Below, one piece after another: positions 1 to 8,819 of a stretch of DNA of 64,000 nt (positions are counted from its first letter, which is position 1; each line of letters opens with the position of its first letter). A program made the position numbers and the translations under genes. Source of the DNA: a virus. The stretch is from positions 1-64,000 of the IMG/VR virus record IMGVR_UViG_3300047496_000262; one strand, 5' to 3'. The notes under the pieces are model-generated. The model had not been told where the DNA came from. It ran no database searches and worked only from the letters and a program-made list of their open reading frames with translations.

Positions 1-2029
1 CGGCCAGACCGGTGATGCCGAGGCCGATGCGGCGCTTGGCGATCGCCTCGTCACGCTGCGCCTCCAGCGGGAAGCGCGACACGTCGATCACGTTGTCCAG
101 CATGCGGATGGATGTGGTGACCAGACCGGTCAATACCCCTGGATGGATGTGAGCTGTGGGCTCGAACGGATCGTTCACTAGCGCCGCCAGATTGATCGAA
201 CCCAGGAGACACGCGCCATAGGGCGGGAGGGGTTGCTCGCCGCAGTTCGATGTGACGAACCCGCCATCCCAGAAGACGTGATCCGGATCGGCGACGGTGA
301 TGTCGAACACCTCGAAATCCCCCAGGTATTCGGATTCCGCAATATCGAAGGTGATCTTTTGCGGCTTTGGCCCCGCCTTATATTGCGCGACAAGTTCGGC
401 CAGGGCGGATTGTTTATAGCCTTGAACGAACCCGATTGTTGACGCGAAGACCATGGCGGACCGACCACTGAGATTGATGTCGTATGATGTCCGGCAGGTA
501 TAAAGGCCGTTCTGAAACACCACGTCGTGCGGATTATTTTTCGTGCGAAACGAGCGTATCCCCAGCGCCGACAACATCGCTTGGACCTGATCGGCTAGAC
601 GCAGCGATGTCGTCTTCAAGGCCACACGATTATAGGCCGGGAGCACGGAACCGTTTGCTGAGAACAGCCCGCGCAGGAACCCCGCTTGTTTGACCGCATC
701 GGCATAGAAGAAGCGATCTGGAATCGGGCGTTCTGGAAGGGGTGGTAATTCCGCCGACGTGACCGTTGTGGTGACGTGCCAGAGATTATCCCGCTGACCT
801 TCTGATTGCCGTACCAGTAGATGAGCGATCTCGGATTTAAGGTAATCCTGATCGTTGATACCGATCGCCAGACGGGGCGGCATACGTTCTTTTCTTGATC
901 CGTCGCCGATGACGAGCCCATCAAGAATATCCTGTGGATAAAGCGGGGTTCCGGCCTCCAACCGCAGGCCGGTGCAGGTATCCAGCGCGTCGGCCTGTGC
1001 GATCTCGACCTTCATGCCGCGCTGAACCACACGATGATTCTGGGTCAGATCAATCGCACCCGCTGTCGTGCGAAACCGATAGACCGGTTTGACGCCGGTC
1101 GACCATTTCGCTGTGATGGGAGTCCAGGTTTGACCGGTCCATGCCAGTTCACCAATTGAAACTTCCGATAGAGGCTTCACGCCTGTTCGGGTGAGAATCG
1201 GTGTCCAAGGTGGCAGGCAAGGATTCGTCGCCGCGATGGTCTCGCAATAGTCCAGATTATTGCGGTCGTTGATGCGGTCGATGAAGATCACGCCGGGCTC
1301 GGCATAGTCATAGGTCGCCCGCATGATGCGGTCCCAGAGATCCCGTGCGCGGATGGTGCGGTAGACCGTGCCGGCGAAGACCAGATCCCAATTGGTATCG
1401 TTCTTCACGGCATCCATGAACGCATCGGTCGCCAGCACCGAGACGTTGAACATGCGCAGCCGCCTGGGATCGCGCTTGGCATCGACGAACGCCTCAATAT
1501 CCGGATGATCGGCGCGCAAGGTCGCCATCATGGCGCCGCGCCGGGAGCCCGCCGACATGATGGTGCGGCACATCGAATCCCACACATCCATGAAGGAGAG
1601 CGGCCCCGAGGCATCGGCGCCGACGCCATGGACGGGCGCACCCTTGGGCCTGAGCGTCGAGAAATCATAACCGATGCCGCCGCCCTGCTGCATGGTCAGC
1701 GCCGCCTCGCGAAGGCCTGAGAAGATGCCGCTCATGTCGTCGGGGATCGTGCCCATGACGAAGCAGTTGAACAGCGTGACGCTGCGGCCGGTGCCGGCGC
1801 CGGCCAGGATCCGGCCGGCGGGGATGAATTTGAACCCATCCAGCGCGTCGTAGAATATGGGCTCCCATTGGGCGGGATCGGATTCGGCGGCGGCGATGGC
1901 CTTGGCGACGCGGCGCCAGGTGGCTTCGATGGTGTCGTCAATCGGGGTGCCGTCGGCGGCGTGCAGGCGGTATTTCATGCCCCAGACCTGGTGGGAGATC
2001 TCGGACATGCCGACGGATTTTTTTGCCAT
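1..2029 (-). CDS. nrdJ: Class II (adenosylcobalamin-dependent) ribonucleotide reductase, intein-containing; runs off the left edge
   Basis: Hand translation from ATG 2029: MAKKSVGMSEISHQVWGMKYRL...FIPAGRILAGAG...TLFNCFV...QQGGGIGYDFSTLRP...SRRGAMM...EPGVIFIDRIN...ATNP[intein]CGEQPLPPYGACLLGSINL. Absent from the ORF track because there is no stop codon inside the window. Confidence 0.95.
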   Translation of the reverse strand, partial: MAKKSVGMSEISHQVWGMKYRLHAADGTPIDDTIEATWRRVAKAIAAAESDPAQWEPIFYDALDGFKFIPAGRILAGAGTGRSVTLFNCFVMGTIPDDMSGIFSGLREAALTMQQGGGIGYDFSTLRPKGAPVHGVGADASGPLSFMDVWDSMCRTIMSAGSRRGAMMATLRADHPDIEAFVDAKRDPRRLRMFNVSVLATDAFMDAVKNDTNWDLVFAGTVYRTIRARDLWDRIMRATYDYAEPGVIFIDRINDRNNLDYCETIAATNPCLPPWTPILTRTGVKPLSEVSIGELAWTGQTWTPITAKWSTGVKPVYRFRTTAGAIDLTQNHRVVQRGMKVEIAQADALDTCTGLRLEAGTPLYPQDILDGLVIGDGSRKERMPPRLAIGINDQDYLKSEIAHLLVRQSEGQRDNLWHVTTTVTSAELPPLPERPIPDRFFYADAVKQAGFLRGLFSANGSVLPAYNRVALKTTSLRLADQVQAMLSALGIRSFRTKNNPHDVVFQNGLYTCRTSYDINLSGRSAMVFASTIGFVQGYKQSALAELVAQYKAGPKPQKITFDIAESEYLGDFEVFDITVADPDHVFWDGGFVTSNCGEQPLPPYGACLLGSINLAALVNDPFEPTAHIHPGVLTGLVTTSIRMLDNVIDVSRFPLEAQRDEAIAKRRIGLGITGLA
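245..1219 (-). mobile_element. Intein (325 aa) with LAGLIDADG homing endonuclease, inserted at the catalytic NP|CGE motif of NrdJ
   Basis: In-frame 975-nt insert starting CLPPWTPILT and ending VFDITVADPDHVFWDGGFVTSN, followed by extein CGEQP. Internal motifs LDGLVIGDG and FLRGLFSANG. Confidence 0.93.
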
Positions 2030-2066
2030 GGGGCGCCCCCTGATTGACGTGGGATATTGATAAAGC

Positions 2067-2097
2067 AGTGGCGACGGCGTTTCCATCCGCCGCCACT
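2067..2097 (-). terminator. GC-rich hairpin at the 3' end of pentamer array A (terminator or processing stem)
   Basis: Minus strand AGTGGCGGCGG-atggaaacg-CCGTCGCCACT (11-bp stem with one G-U), followed by GCTTTAT. Confidence 0.55.
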
Positions 2098-2106
2098 TCC
2101 TATGCA

Positions 2107-2263
2107 GACATAGCCTAGACCCGCCAACCTAGACATGCCTTGACGGGCGAACCATGACTGGCCAAGCCATACCAAAACTAACCCGGACAGCCTCGACGCT
2201 CCACACCGTGAAGCGCCAAGCCTTGACTCACCCGGACTGCCAAACCCAGCCGTAAACCACCCG
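2107..2263 (-). repeat. Pentamer-periodic array A (G[G/T]Y-NN units), candidate non-coding guide-like RNA
   Basis: Plus strand parses as RMC-NN: accat gactg gccaa gccat accaa aacta acccg |gaca| gcctc gacgc tccac accgt gaagc gccaa gcctt gactc acccg |gact| gccaa accca gccgt aaacc acccg. The 4-nt separators at 2186 and 2235 are 49 nt apart. Confidence 0.85.
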
Positions 2264-2381
2264 GAGGCCCCTGGTTCCGTCATCGGCGCGGATTTCGCGC
2301 TAACGGGAATACTGTGTCATGAGATTTATCGTTCGCGCAACAGGTTTTCGCGTTTGTGAGATTACCGGCCGCACCGGCTGG

Positions 2382-2828
2382 TCATGCGTCGTGGCGGATG
2401 GAAGGCGGGGTGCGTAAGAGCGGCCGGTAATCGGCCAGGGCTTTCGGGTCTGGATTATTCCAGGCATCGAACAGGGACGATTCCCCCTCGGTGGCATGAA
2501 ACAGGTCGCGAGCGCGCAGCCAGATCAGGAAATCCTGGGCCACCTTCGGATCCAGCCAATAGGCATTCCAGCACCAGTTGCCCCACCAATCCTTGGATCT
2601 GATGAACGGCCAGCGCTTGCCGGCGAGGATGAAGTGACCGCCGTCTTCACGGAACCGGGGACACCTTGCGAATGAATACCCGTTCCACTGCTTGGCTTCG
2701 AGTGTCAGCCCATCCGGGTTAATCTCAATTTGAGGGACTCGGCCGGCGAACAGACCGTTATCGGGGTCGTTGCAGGCAAAGTCGAACCGGACCTCATCAG
2801 TGATCCCGTATGGAACAATCGTGTGCAT
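2382..2828 (-). CDS. Hypothetical phage protein (Trp-rich)
   Basis: MHTIVPYGITDEVRFDF... in a coupled minus-strand operon. Confidence 0.7.
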   Translation of the reverse strand: MHTIVPYGITDEVRFDFACNDPDNGLFAGRVPQIEINPDGLTLEAKQWNGYSFARCPRFREDGGHFILAGKRWPFIRSKDWWGNWCWNAYWLDPKVAQDFLIWLRARDLFHATEGESSLFDAWNNPDPKALADYRPLLRTPPSIRHDA

Positions 2829-4071
2829 GGTTGATCCTGTCTGGCTGGTGCAACCGCTCCACGAGGCTGATCCGCTCGCCAATCCATCGGATGACGGGCA
2901 CCGCCATGCTGTTACCCAGCGCGCGATACCGATGGCCGTCAGTGACCGGCTTGCCGCGAAAGGGAATATCGGTCCAGCCGTCAGGAAACCCTTGGAGGCG
3001 CTCGCATTCCAGCGGGGTTAATCGGCGGACGGCTGAGCGCGTGGCAACGGCCAAATGGCCGCCGGCATTGGCGTGGCTTCCGGCGTGACCTAGCGTTCGC
3101 ATGGTCGGGGCCGTATCCCCAGCATAGCCGCCGTCATCCTTGTACGAAAACGCAACAGCACCGACGCCCACGCCGCCCCGGCCGCCGGTCGGGGTCAGGA
3201 CGGCATTCGCAACACCATCGTCGCGCGTTTCAAGCTGATGGCCGTCACCGCGCCCGCGCGAGGCCAACGTGTAGACGAACGTCTCGGTCTCGGCATCGAT
3301 GCGACCATGCGGACCACCATGAGCGCTGAGCGCGTGTGATATCGGGTGCCTCGCCTGCGCTTGGTTATCGTCCGCGCCGCAGGTGCCGACGCCGGTTGCA
3401 GACAGCGCGCCTACAACCAACTCTCCAGCCGCCGCTTCATCCGCCCCTACTCGCCATCCGTTGCCGCTTGAAGTGCCGCCAAGAGTTCCGATGGCAGTGT
3501 CCGGCCTCGGGCCTTGGCCCGTCGTAAGATCCCGGCGCAGGCTCGCGCGCTCAAATAATACCGCTGCGGCACGGGTCCAGTCTCCAAGATATGCAACAAC
3601 GAAGACGCGACGGCGGGATTGGGGCACTCCGTAGTATCGAGCGTCGCAAACGCGGTAAGCGAACCCATACCCGAGTTGCCCCAAGAGCCCGAGGATGGAT
3701 CCAAACGTCCGTCCTCCGTCAAGCGACAGAACGCCAGGGACGTTTTCCCAAACGAGCCAACGGGGCAGAAGTCTCTCAGCAAGGCGTATAAACTCAAGCG
3801 TGAGATTCCCGCGCTCGCCAGTAATGCCCGCTCTAAGTCCCGCGATGCTGAAATCCTGGCAGGGGGTGCCGCCGATAAGAAGGTCAATTGACTGGTAGTC
3901 GCCGGCGTTGATCGTCGTAAAGTCGCCATGCAAAGGGACCCCAGGCAAGCGGTGTTGCAGTAACGCGCGCGGGAACGGCGCGACCTCCGAACAGAATGCC
4001 CCTCGCCACCCCAGCGGCTCCCATGCGACGCTCGCCGCCTCAATCCCGCTGCACACGCTGCCGAAGATCAC
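2797..4071 (-). CDS. dcm: DNA cytosine-C5 methyltransferase
   Basis: GTG start overlapping the upstream stop. Motifs SVCSGIEA, GGTPCQDFS, WENVPG, QSRRRVF, RRLTPLECERLQGFPD, ALGNSM. Confidence 0.93.
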   Translation of the reverse strand: MIFGSVCSGIEAASVAWEPLGWRGAFCSEVAPFPRALLQHRLPGVPLHGDFTTINAGDYQSIDLLIGGTPCQDFSIAGLRAGITGERGNLTLEFIRLAERLLPRWLVWENVPGVLSLDGGRTFGSILGLLGQLGYGFAYRVCDARYYGVPQSRRRVFVVAYLGDWTRAAAVLFERASLRRDLTTGQGPRPDTAIGTLGGTSSGNGWRVGADEAAAGELVVGALSATGVGTCGADDNQAQARHPISHALSAHGGPHGRIDAETETFVYTLASRGRGDGHQLETRDDGVANAVLTPTGGRGGVGVGAVAFSYKDDGGYAGDTAPTMRTLGHAGSHANAGGHLAVATRSAVRRLTPLECERLQGFPDGWTDIPFRGKPVTDGHRYRALGNSMAVPVIRWIGERISLVERLHQPDRINHAHDCSIRDH

Positions 4072-4265
4072 GGGAGCGCCGGGGCGTTGGCCTCGTTCCA
4101 TCGGCGGATGGCGGATTCGTGGGTCGATCCCGTCGCTTGGCTGCCGTGGCTTGGGCAATCGGTGTTTCCACAATAAATAATAAACAACTGCGGTTCCTGC
4201 CCGGTAAAATTAAATGACCGGAACGGCGGTAACTTGCACGCGCGGCAGGGCACTACATCGGTCAT
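4068..4265 (-). CDS. Lar-like (restriction alleviation family) small Zn-binding protein
   Basis: PCxxC...C-x4-C...AIRRWN pattern. Confidence 0.55.
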   Translation of the reverse strand: MTDVVPCRACKLPPFRSFNFTGQEPQLFIIYCGNTDCPSHGSQATGSTHESAIRRWNEANAPALP

Positions 4266-4438
4266 GGCATGTTCATCTCGTTCCACATTTTGACGGCCTC
4301 ATCCAGCTTGTCGCCGACGCCGCTGAACTCTACCCAATCGCATTCCGGAGAGGCGCACTCGACGACTATTGTGTCTGGCCACCACCGGTACTGCTTCGGC
4401 TTCCGGCCGCAGTGGATGCAGGGCACGGTCTCGGTCAT
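4262..4438 (-). CDS. Lar-like small Zn-binding protein (paralogue of neighbour)
   Basis: PCIHCG...ECASPEC...AVKMWN pattern. Confidence 0.55.
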   Translation of the reverse strand: MTETVPCIHCGRKPKQYRWWPDTIVVECASPECDWVEFSGVGDKLDEAVKMWNEMNMP

Positions 4439-5001
4439 GCGAACCGCTCCAGTTTTTTCTCGGCCGGCACGTACAGCGGATGCTTGGGCTGGCCGGAACG
4501 CGTGCGACCGAGGCACATAAGCGGCAGATTGCTGGCACCCTGGATCCAGCCCATCATCGTTTGATCTTGGCCTAGATGCGTGCCGTGGTTGCCCCAGGCG
4601 CAGACGATGAGGCCAGCCTGATCCAGGGCGCGCTCCACGAAATCCTGGTTCCGTGGCCCAACGATATCCACGGTGTGGTCCATACCCAGGATCACCTGGG
4701 GCCGCGTGGCACGATAGGCGAACAAATTGACCACGTCGATCCGCTGATACTGCCAGCGCTTGGCGAAATCCACGCAGCGCCGGATGGTCGGATCATCCAG
4801 CCGGGAATCCGCGGTCGAAGGGTTGAGCATGACGAATACGACCGAGAGCGGGCCGCCTAGTTGATGGCCGGCACCGTCATAGGCATCCCACCACCACCAG
4901 TGATCGCGCGGGCACGGGCTGGCGAGGTCGCGCCATTCGCGCCAGAGGAGATACCGATAGGGGCCGGAGATTTCAGCGCCGATGCCGCAGTATTCGGTCA
5001 T
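4435..5001 (-). CDS. DUF1643 family protein
   Basis: YRYLLWREW...FVMLNPSTAD...DDPTIRRC...VVNLFAYRAT...AWG...PKHPLY. Confidence 0.9.
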   Translation of the reverse strand: MTEYCGIGAEISGPYRYLLWREWRDLASPCPRDHWWWWDAYDGAGHQLGGPLSVVFVMLNPSTADSRLDDPTIRRCVDFAKRWQYQRIDVVNLFAYRATRPQVILGMDHTVDIVGPRNQDFVERALDQAGLIVCAWGNHGTHLGQDQTMMGWIQGASNLPLMCLGRTRSGQPKHPLYVPAEKKLERFA

Positions 5002-6089
5002 TCGCAGAGCCCGTAGCTTGACGCACAGGCGACCGGCAGGCCCGTCTTGAACAGGTCGTACTGCTTGGCACCGCGCGTGGTCATGGCCCAATCGACGGTG
5101 GCATCAATGGACGACGCGCGCGCATATTCATCGGGCATCAGCCCCTCCACGTCGCCGGTTCCGGCAAATAGCGACGCCAGCCCGCGCTTACTGGCAATCG
5201 CGACCATGCGCTCCCATTCGCGGATCCGGTGTATGTGGTGCGGCCAGCGGCGCGCGGCGTTGGCGATTTCGTCCTTGCCAGCGTTGATGCACAGCATACA
5301 CCCGACCCGATCGCAGCCCATGCTGTAAAGCGGGTTCAGCCGATGGCCGCGCAAGGTCACGAAATCCACGACCTGTTGCGCCGTCCAATCCACAATCGGG
5401 CGGCGGATCAGCCAGCCCTCGGCACCGCGCTCGCGCTCCAGCGCGTCCTTGCGTCTCATCGATTCGTCGCGGCGGATGCCCTGCCAGCTTTCAACCTCAT
5501 AGCCCTGGCCGATCAGGTCCAACATGTACTTGTCGAGCGGATACCGCTTGAGTTCCTGCGTGCAGAACTGCGCCTTGCGCGAGGGGAACCGGCCTTTCAT
5601 GAGGCAGAGGTCCAGGAACGGATTGCCGGTCGGCACCAGCATCTCAAGCGCCAAGCCAATGACCGCTTGGGCGTCGTAATCTTTGAGCGGCGCGCGTTCC
5701 GGCGTCCAGTGCCAATCGCCGAATGAACAGTATCGGTAGGGGTCAGCCGGATCTATCGGCTGGAGCATCGGCATCGGGCCATCGCCCTTCCACTTCCACT
5801 CGCCGGGCTTGCCTGTGGTCAGGTCCTGCATCCAATGGGTTTCGATGTACGCCCGCTTGCGCGTCATGTCGGACGTGAAATCGGCTTGGACGATATCAAT
5901 CGACCGCCCGAACATGGCCGGCAGATCGTTTCGGATGAAGGCGTCGGTAATCTCATGCTCATGGCCGGTCCAGGCATGGACCAGTCGCACGTTCTCGGGG
6001 CCGTATTCGTCGATCGCCAGCAGTGCCGTCGCGTGGCTGTCCTTGCCGCCGGAGACCGATGCAACGGCGATGCGCGGGCGGTCGGTCAT
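4998..6089 (-). CDS. PAPS reductase family (PP-loop) protein
   Basis: SVSGGKDS PP-loop, RFPSRKAQFCTQELK, GIRRDES, NPLYSMGCDRVGCMLC, C-terminal CASSYGLCE. Confidence 0.9.
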   Translation of the reverse strand: MTDRPRIAVASVSGGKDSHATALLAIDEYGPENVRLVHAWTGHEHEITDAFIRNDLPAMFGRSIDIVQADFTSDMTRKRAYIETHWMQDLTTGKPGEWKWKGDGPMPMLQPIDPADPYRYCSFGDWHWTPERAPLKDYDAQAVIGLALEMLVPTGNPFLDLCLMKGRFPSRKAQFCTQELKRYPLDKYMLDLIGQGYEVESWQGIRRDESMRRKDALERERGAEGWLIRRPIVDWTAQQVVDFVTLRGHRLNPLYSMGCDRVGCMLCINAGKDEIANAARRWPHHIHRIREWERMVAIASKRGLASLFAGTGDVEGLMPDEYARASSIDATVDWAMTTRGAKQYDLFKTGLPVACASSYGLCE

Positions 6090-6126
6090 TCGCCGATGCC
6101 CAGCGCTTTGTTGATCGCGAGCGCGG

Positions 6127-6393
6127 TCATGGTTCCTCCTGCACAACAAGCTCGACATAGAGCGCCACTGGTGGCTGCCAGCCCCATACGCGCAGGATGA
6201 TCGATCCGCCGGCCTTGATGAGTTCCAAATCGTCCGGCAAGGGCTCCCAAGCGCTCTCGCACCAACCGCTGCCTCGAATTGGATCACCGTGCGTGCGGAT
6301 CGCGAGATGGCTGCAATCGCCGTCTTTTTCCGGCCGCCATCCAACCGGCGCGCCTAGGTAATGCGAGGCACCGCGAATCCGACGGGGGATCAT
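6127..6393 (-). CDS. Hypothetical phage protein
   Basis: Coupled ORF with LGAPVGW...CESAWEP...QPPV, a common small phage family. Confidence 0.7.
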   Translation of the reverse strand: MIPRRIRGASHYLGAPVGWRPEKDGDCSHLAIRTHGDPIRGSGWCESAWEPLPDDLELIKAGGSIILRVWGWQPPVALYVELVVQEEP

Positions 6394-6740
6394 GCCTGCT
6401 CTCCAAACACCGTCGCCAGCGCCTGCCCGATCGCAGCCTTCACGTTGCCCGGCGTCGTGTCATCGTTGTGGCTGGTCACCAGCATGATTTCGACGCGGTC
6501 GCGACTGCTTATTTCAATCTCCAATTCGGACGGGTGGATTTTCCACTCCAGTTGCACGTTGGGGCCTGCCGCGGCGATACCGGGTTGCGGATAGCCGGCT
6601 TCGGCAAACCAGCGCACCAGCGTTTCCGCGTAGGCAAGGTTGTCCAAGCGGAGCGCGCTGCCCGACCAGAAATCATGACCCTTCAGCGTCGCCAGATGCG
6701 CAAGCCGGTCAAGACTGTCCTGGAGCGTGGGGGCGGTCAT
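6390..6740 (-). CDS. Hypothetical protein
   Basis: ATGA-coupled ORF in the operon. Confidence 0.6.
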   Translation of the reverse strand: MTAPTLQDSLDRLAHLATLKGHDFWSGSALRLDNLAYAETLVRWFAEAGYPQPGIAAAGPNVQLEWKIHPSELEIEISSRDRVEIMLVTSHNDDTTPGNVKAAIGQALATVFGEQA

Positions 6741-7018
6741 GGTGCAAGCTCCGTGGCGATGGCAACTAGGCGCGCCATCCGATCGTGAAATTCCGGGTCA
6801 TACGTGGTGCCGAACACTTCTTCGTCTGACCGCACCATGTCGGACAGCGCCATCACCGCATCCAGCAGGCGCGCGCGGAGGTCGCGGTAGGCGTCGGCAA
6901 GGGTAATGCCGGCGGCCGTGTATTCGGACGAGCCGTAAAACGGATACATTTCCGCTAGCCGGCCGATGACCAACAGCGCGGCCTGGATTTTCTCAGGCGT
7001 CGGGTTCATCTCATTCAC
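6737..7018 (-). CDS. Hypothetical protein
   Basis: GTGA-coupled ORF in the operon. Confidence 0.55.
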   Translation of the reverse strand: MNEMNPTPEKIQAALLVIGRLAEMYPFYGSSEYTAAGITLADAYRDLRARLLDAVMALSDMVRSDEEVFGTTYDPEFHDRMARLVAIATELAP

Positions 7019-7878
7019 ACTCGGTGCTCCACCTGATACGTCAAGATCCACGCCTGGACGATGCGGGCCAGCGGGTTCGTGGCTGGCGTGTCACCGAGAC
7101 TGATGCCGTAGAAAAACCGCTCGACGGGGCTGTAGGAATCGACGAACGGCAGCGTTTGTGCTTTGACCCCGCGCGCGATGGCGATCGTGCCACAGAGACA
7201 GCCGCATCCATTGCGGTTGTAGGCGCTGCCGTCCACTCGACCGGCCCGCAGCGCGGCCAGCAGGGCCGGTATCTCCGGTTGTGCCTGATCAAGCACGCGG
7301 GCGAGGTCGGCGCGAATGGGAGCCCATGACGGGTGGTCAGGCGGCGAGAAAATCGCGCGGGCCAGTCTCGCGCCGGTCAGATTGGCGCCGGTCAGAGTGG
7401 CGCCGGGCAGTCGAGCGTCGGCCAGAGTGGTCCAGGCCAGATCGGCACCGGTCAGATTGGCCCCGGTCAGATCGGCCTTGGTCAGATTGGCCGCGGTCAG
7501 TTGAGCCCAAGACAGATCGGTTTCAATCAGAGTGGCCCCGGTCAGTCTCGCGCCGGTCAGTCTCGCGCCGGACAGAGTGGCGCCGGCCATCCAAGCGTCG
7601 GCCAGTCTCGCGCCGGACAGAGTGGCGCCGGTCAGATCGGCGCCGGTCAGAGTGGACCCGGCCAGATCGGCGCGGGTCAGATTGGCCCCGGTCAGTCTCG
7701 CGTCGGCCAGAGTGGTCCAGGCCAGATCGGCGCCGGTCAGAGTGGCCCCGGTCAGATCGGCCTTGTCGCCGATCGCCGTTTCGAGCGCGACGCGCGCGCA
7801 ATAGGCCGGCTCGGTCCCGTCCGGGATGTCGACCAGCAGCGGCGCACGGTCGGTCTCGAATTGGATAGGATACAGCAT
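7015..7878 (-). CDS. Pentapeptide repeat protein
   Basis: More than 25 A(D/T/R/N)L(T/S/A)(G/x) pentapeptides (15-nt DNA repeats, about 7350-7765), then a C-terminal GRVDGSAY...CGCLCGTIA domain. Confidence 0.92.
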   Translation of the reverse strand: MLYPIQFETDRAPLLVDIPDGTEPAYCARVALETAIGDKADLTGATLTGADLAWTTLADARLTGANLTRADLAGSTLTGADLTGATLSGARLADAWMAGATLSGARLTGARLTGATLIETDLSWAQLTAANLTKADLTGANLTGADLAWTTLADARLPGATLTGANLTGARLARAIFSPPDHPSWAPIRADLARVLDQAQPEIPALLAALRAGRVDGSAYNRNGCGCLCGTIAIARGVKAQTLPFVDSYSPVERFFYGISLGDTPATNPLARIVQAWILTYQVEHRV

Positions 7879-7880
7879 GA

Positions 7881-8075
7881 TCAGGCTCCTTTCCACAAAT
7901 CGCTGCGTCCGAATTTCGCCACCGGCTCGCCCTGGTGGCCGCCACCGTCGCCATCGTCGCACCCGTCGCCCTCGCAGTCCGGGCACTGACGCAGATCGGT
8001 CAGCATCTCCGGGTCATCGTCCTGCGGGTCGTGCCGCATCAGCCGGCCATTCAGGCAGCAGAGGTCGCCTTTCAT
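7881..8075 (-). CDS. Small acidic Cys protein, copy 1 (MKGDLCCLNGRLMRHDPQDDDP)
   Basis: Close paralogue at 9180-9374. Confidence 0.75.
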   Translation of the reverse strand: MKGDLCCLNGRLMRHDPQDDDPEMLTDLRQCPDCEGDGCDDGDGGGHQGEPVAKFGRSDLWKGA

Positions 8076-8404
8076 GACCCGCCCTCCCGCTTCCGCTTCC
8101 GCGCCCGATAGATCCGCGCCAGTTCCGCGACGATCAGCGACCCGGCCCGGATCAGATCGCGCTCGGGGGATTTGGGATTGAACATGTCCTCCCACGGCAT
8201 GCCCTCCCACGGCCACAGTTTTTCAGCGCCTATCGGGTTAAAATCAGCAATGCAGTAGGCTGCGGCTGCCGATGGCAGATCCTGTCCATCGCGATAATTG
8301 GCATCGTCCATCTCCAGCGTGTAGCCCTCGACCTCGACCTGCCGGATGCGCTCCAGCCTGATCGCGTCCAGCGCGGCGATGCTTTCGGGGTCCATGTCGG
8401 GCAT
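8072..8404 (-). CDS. Hypothetical phage protein
   Basis: IRLERIRQVEVEG...AAAAY...WPW...RDLIRAGSLIVAEL, a widespread phage family. Confidence 0.8.
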   Translation of the reverse strand: MPDMDPESIAALDAIRLERIRQVEVEGYTLEMDDANYRDGQDLPSAAAAYCIADFNPIGAEKLWPWEGMPWEDMFNPKSPERDLIRAGSLIVAELARIYRARKRKREGGS

Positions 8405-8408
8405 TGGG

Positions 8409-8654
8409 TTACTCCTGTCTCTTGCCGGTGCCGCGGCAGTGCGGGCACGCGTCGACCTTGTCACCCCATTCTGCGTAATTAGGGGGCGACTGAACCTCCA
8501 TGGATGCGCCGAACCCGAGGCCCTTGCACGCCGGGCACCGTGCAAGCTCGCTCTCCACAAACTTCGTCAGACTGTTAACCATGCTCGGCACGCGCGCAAA
8601 ACCGGCATTGACCAGCCACTGTTGGCAGCGATACCGCAAGCTCGTAATCACCAT
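8409..8654 (-). CDS. DnaJ-type CxxCxGxG zinc-finger protein, copy 1 (in frame with the integrase relic upstream)
   Basis: CPACKGLG...CPHCRGTG; paralogue at 9371-9622. Confidence 0.7.
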   Translation of the reverse strand: MVITSLRYRCQQWLVNAGFARVPSMVNSLTKFVESELARCPACKGLGFGASMEVQSPPNYAEWGDKVDACPHCRGTGKRQE

Positions 8655-8675
8655 CGTCACTTCCCCCTCTCCCCA

Positions 8676-8819
8676 CGCGAGTCGCTTCGCTTGCCCGGCC
8701 TCGGCCAGGGCGGAGCTACGCACCAGATACCGGTCAAGGATCATCTCCACGCTTTTCGGCGTGTGGCCGGTGATCCCGGTGATTTGCAGCGCGGTCACGC
8801 CGGCGGCGTCCAGCCTGCG
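8676..8819 (-). pseudogene. C-terminal relic of a tyrosine integrase
   Basis: Reads RRLDAAGVTALQITGITGHTPKSVEMILDRYLVRSSALAEAGQAKRL, matching tyrosine recombinase box II (I..ITGH ... Y). The N-terminal catalytic motifs are missing. Confidence 0.7.

Noticed and set aside
7281-7989. Plus-strand repetitive ORFs (GQSGAGQIG..., RRSDWPRS...) and 15-nt DNA repeats
   Set aside because: These are shadows of the minus-strand pentapeptide repeat gene. The period is 15 nt and codon-based, unlike the 5-nt arrays.
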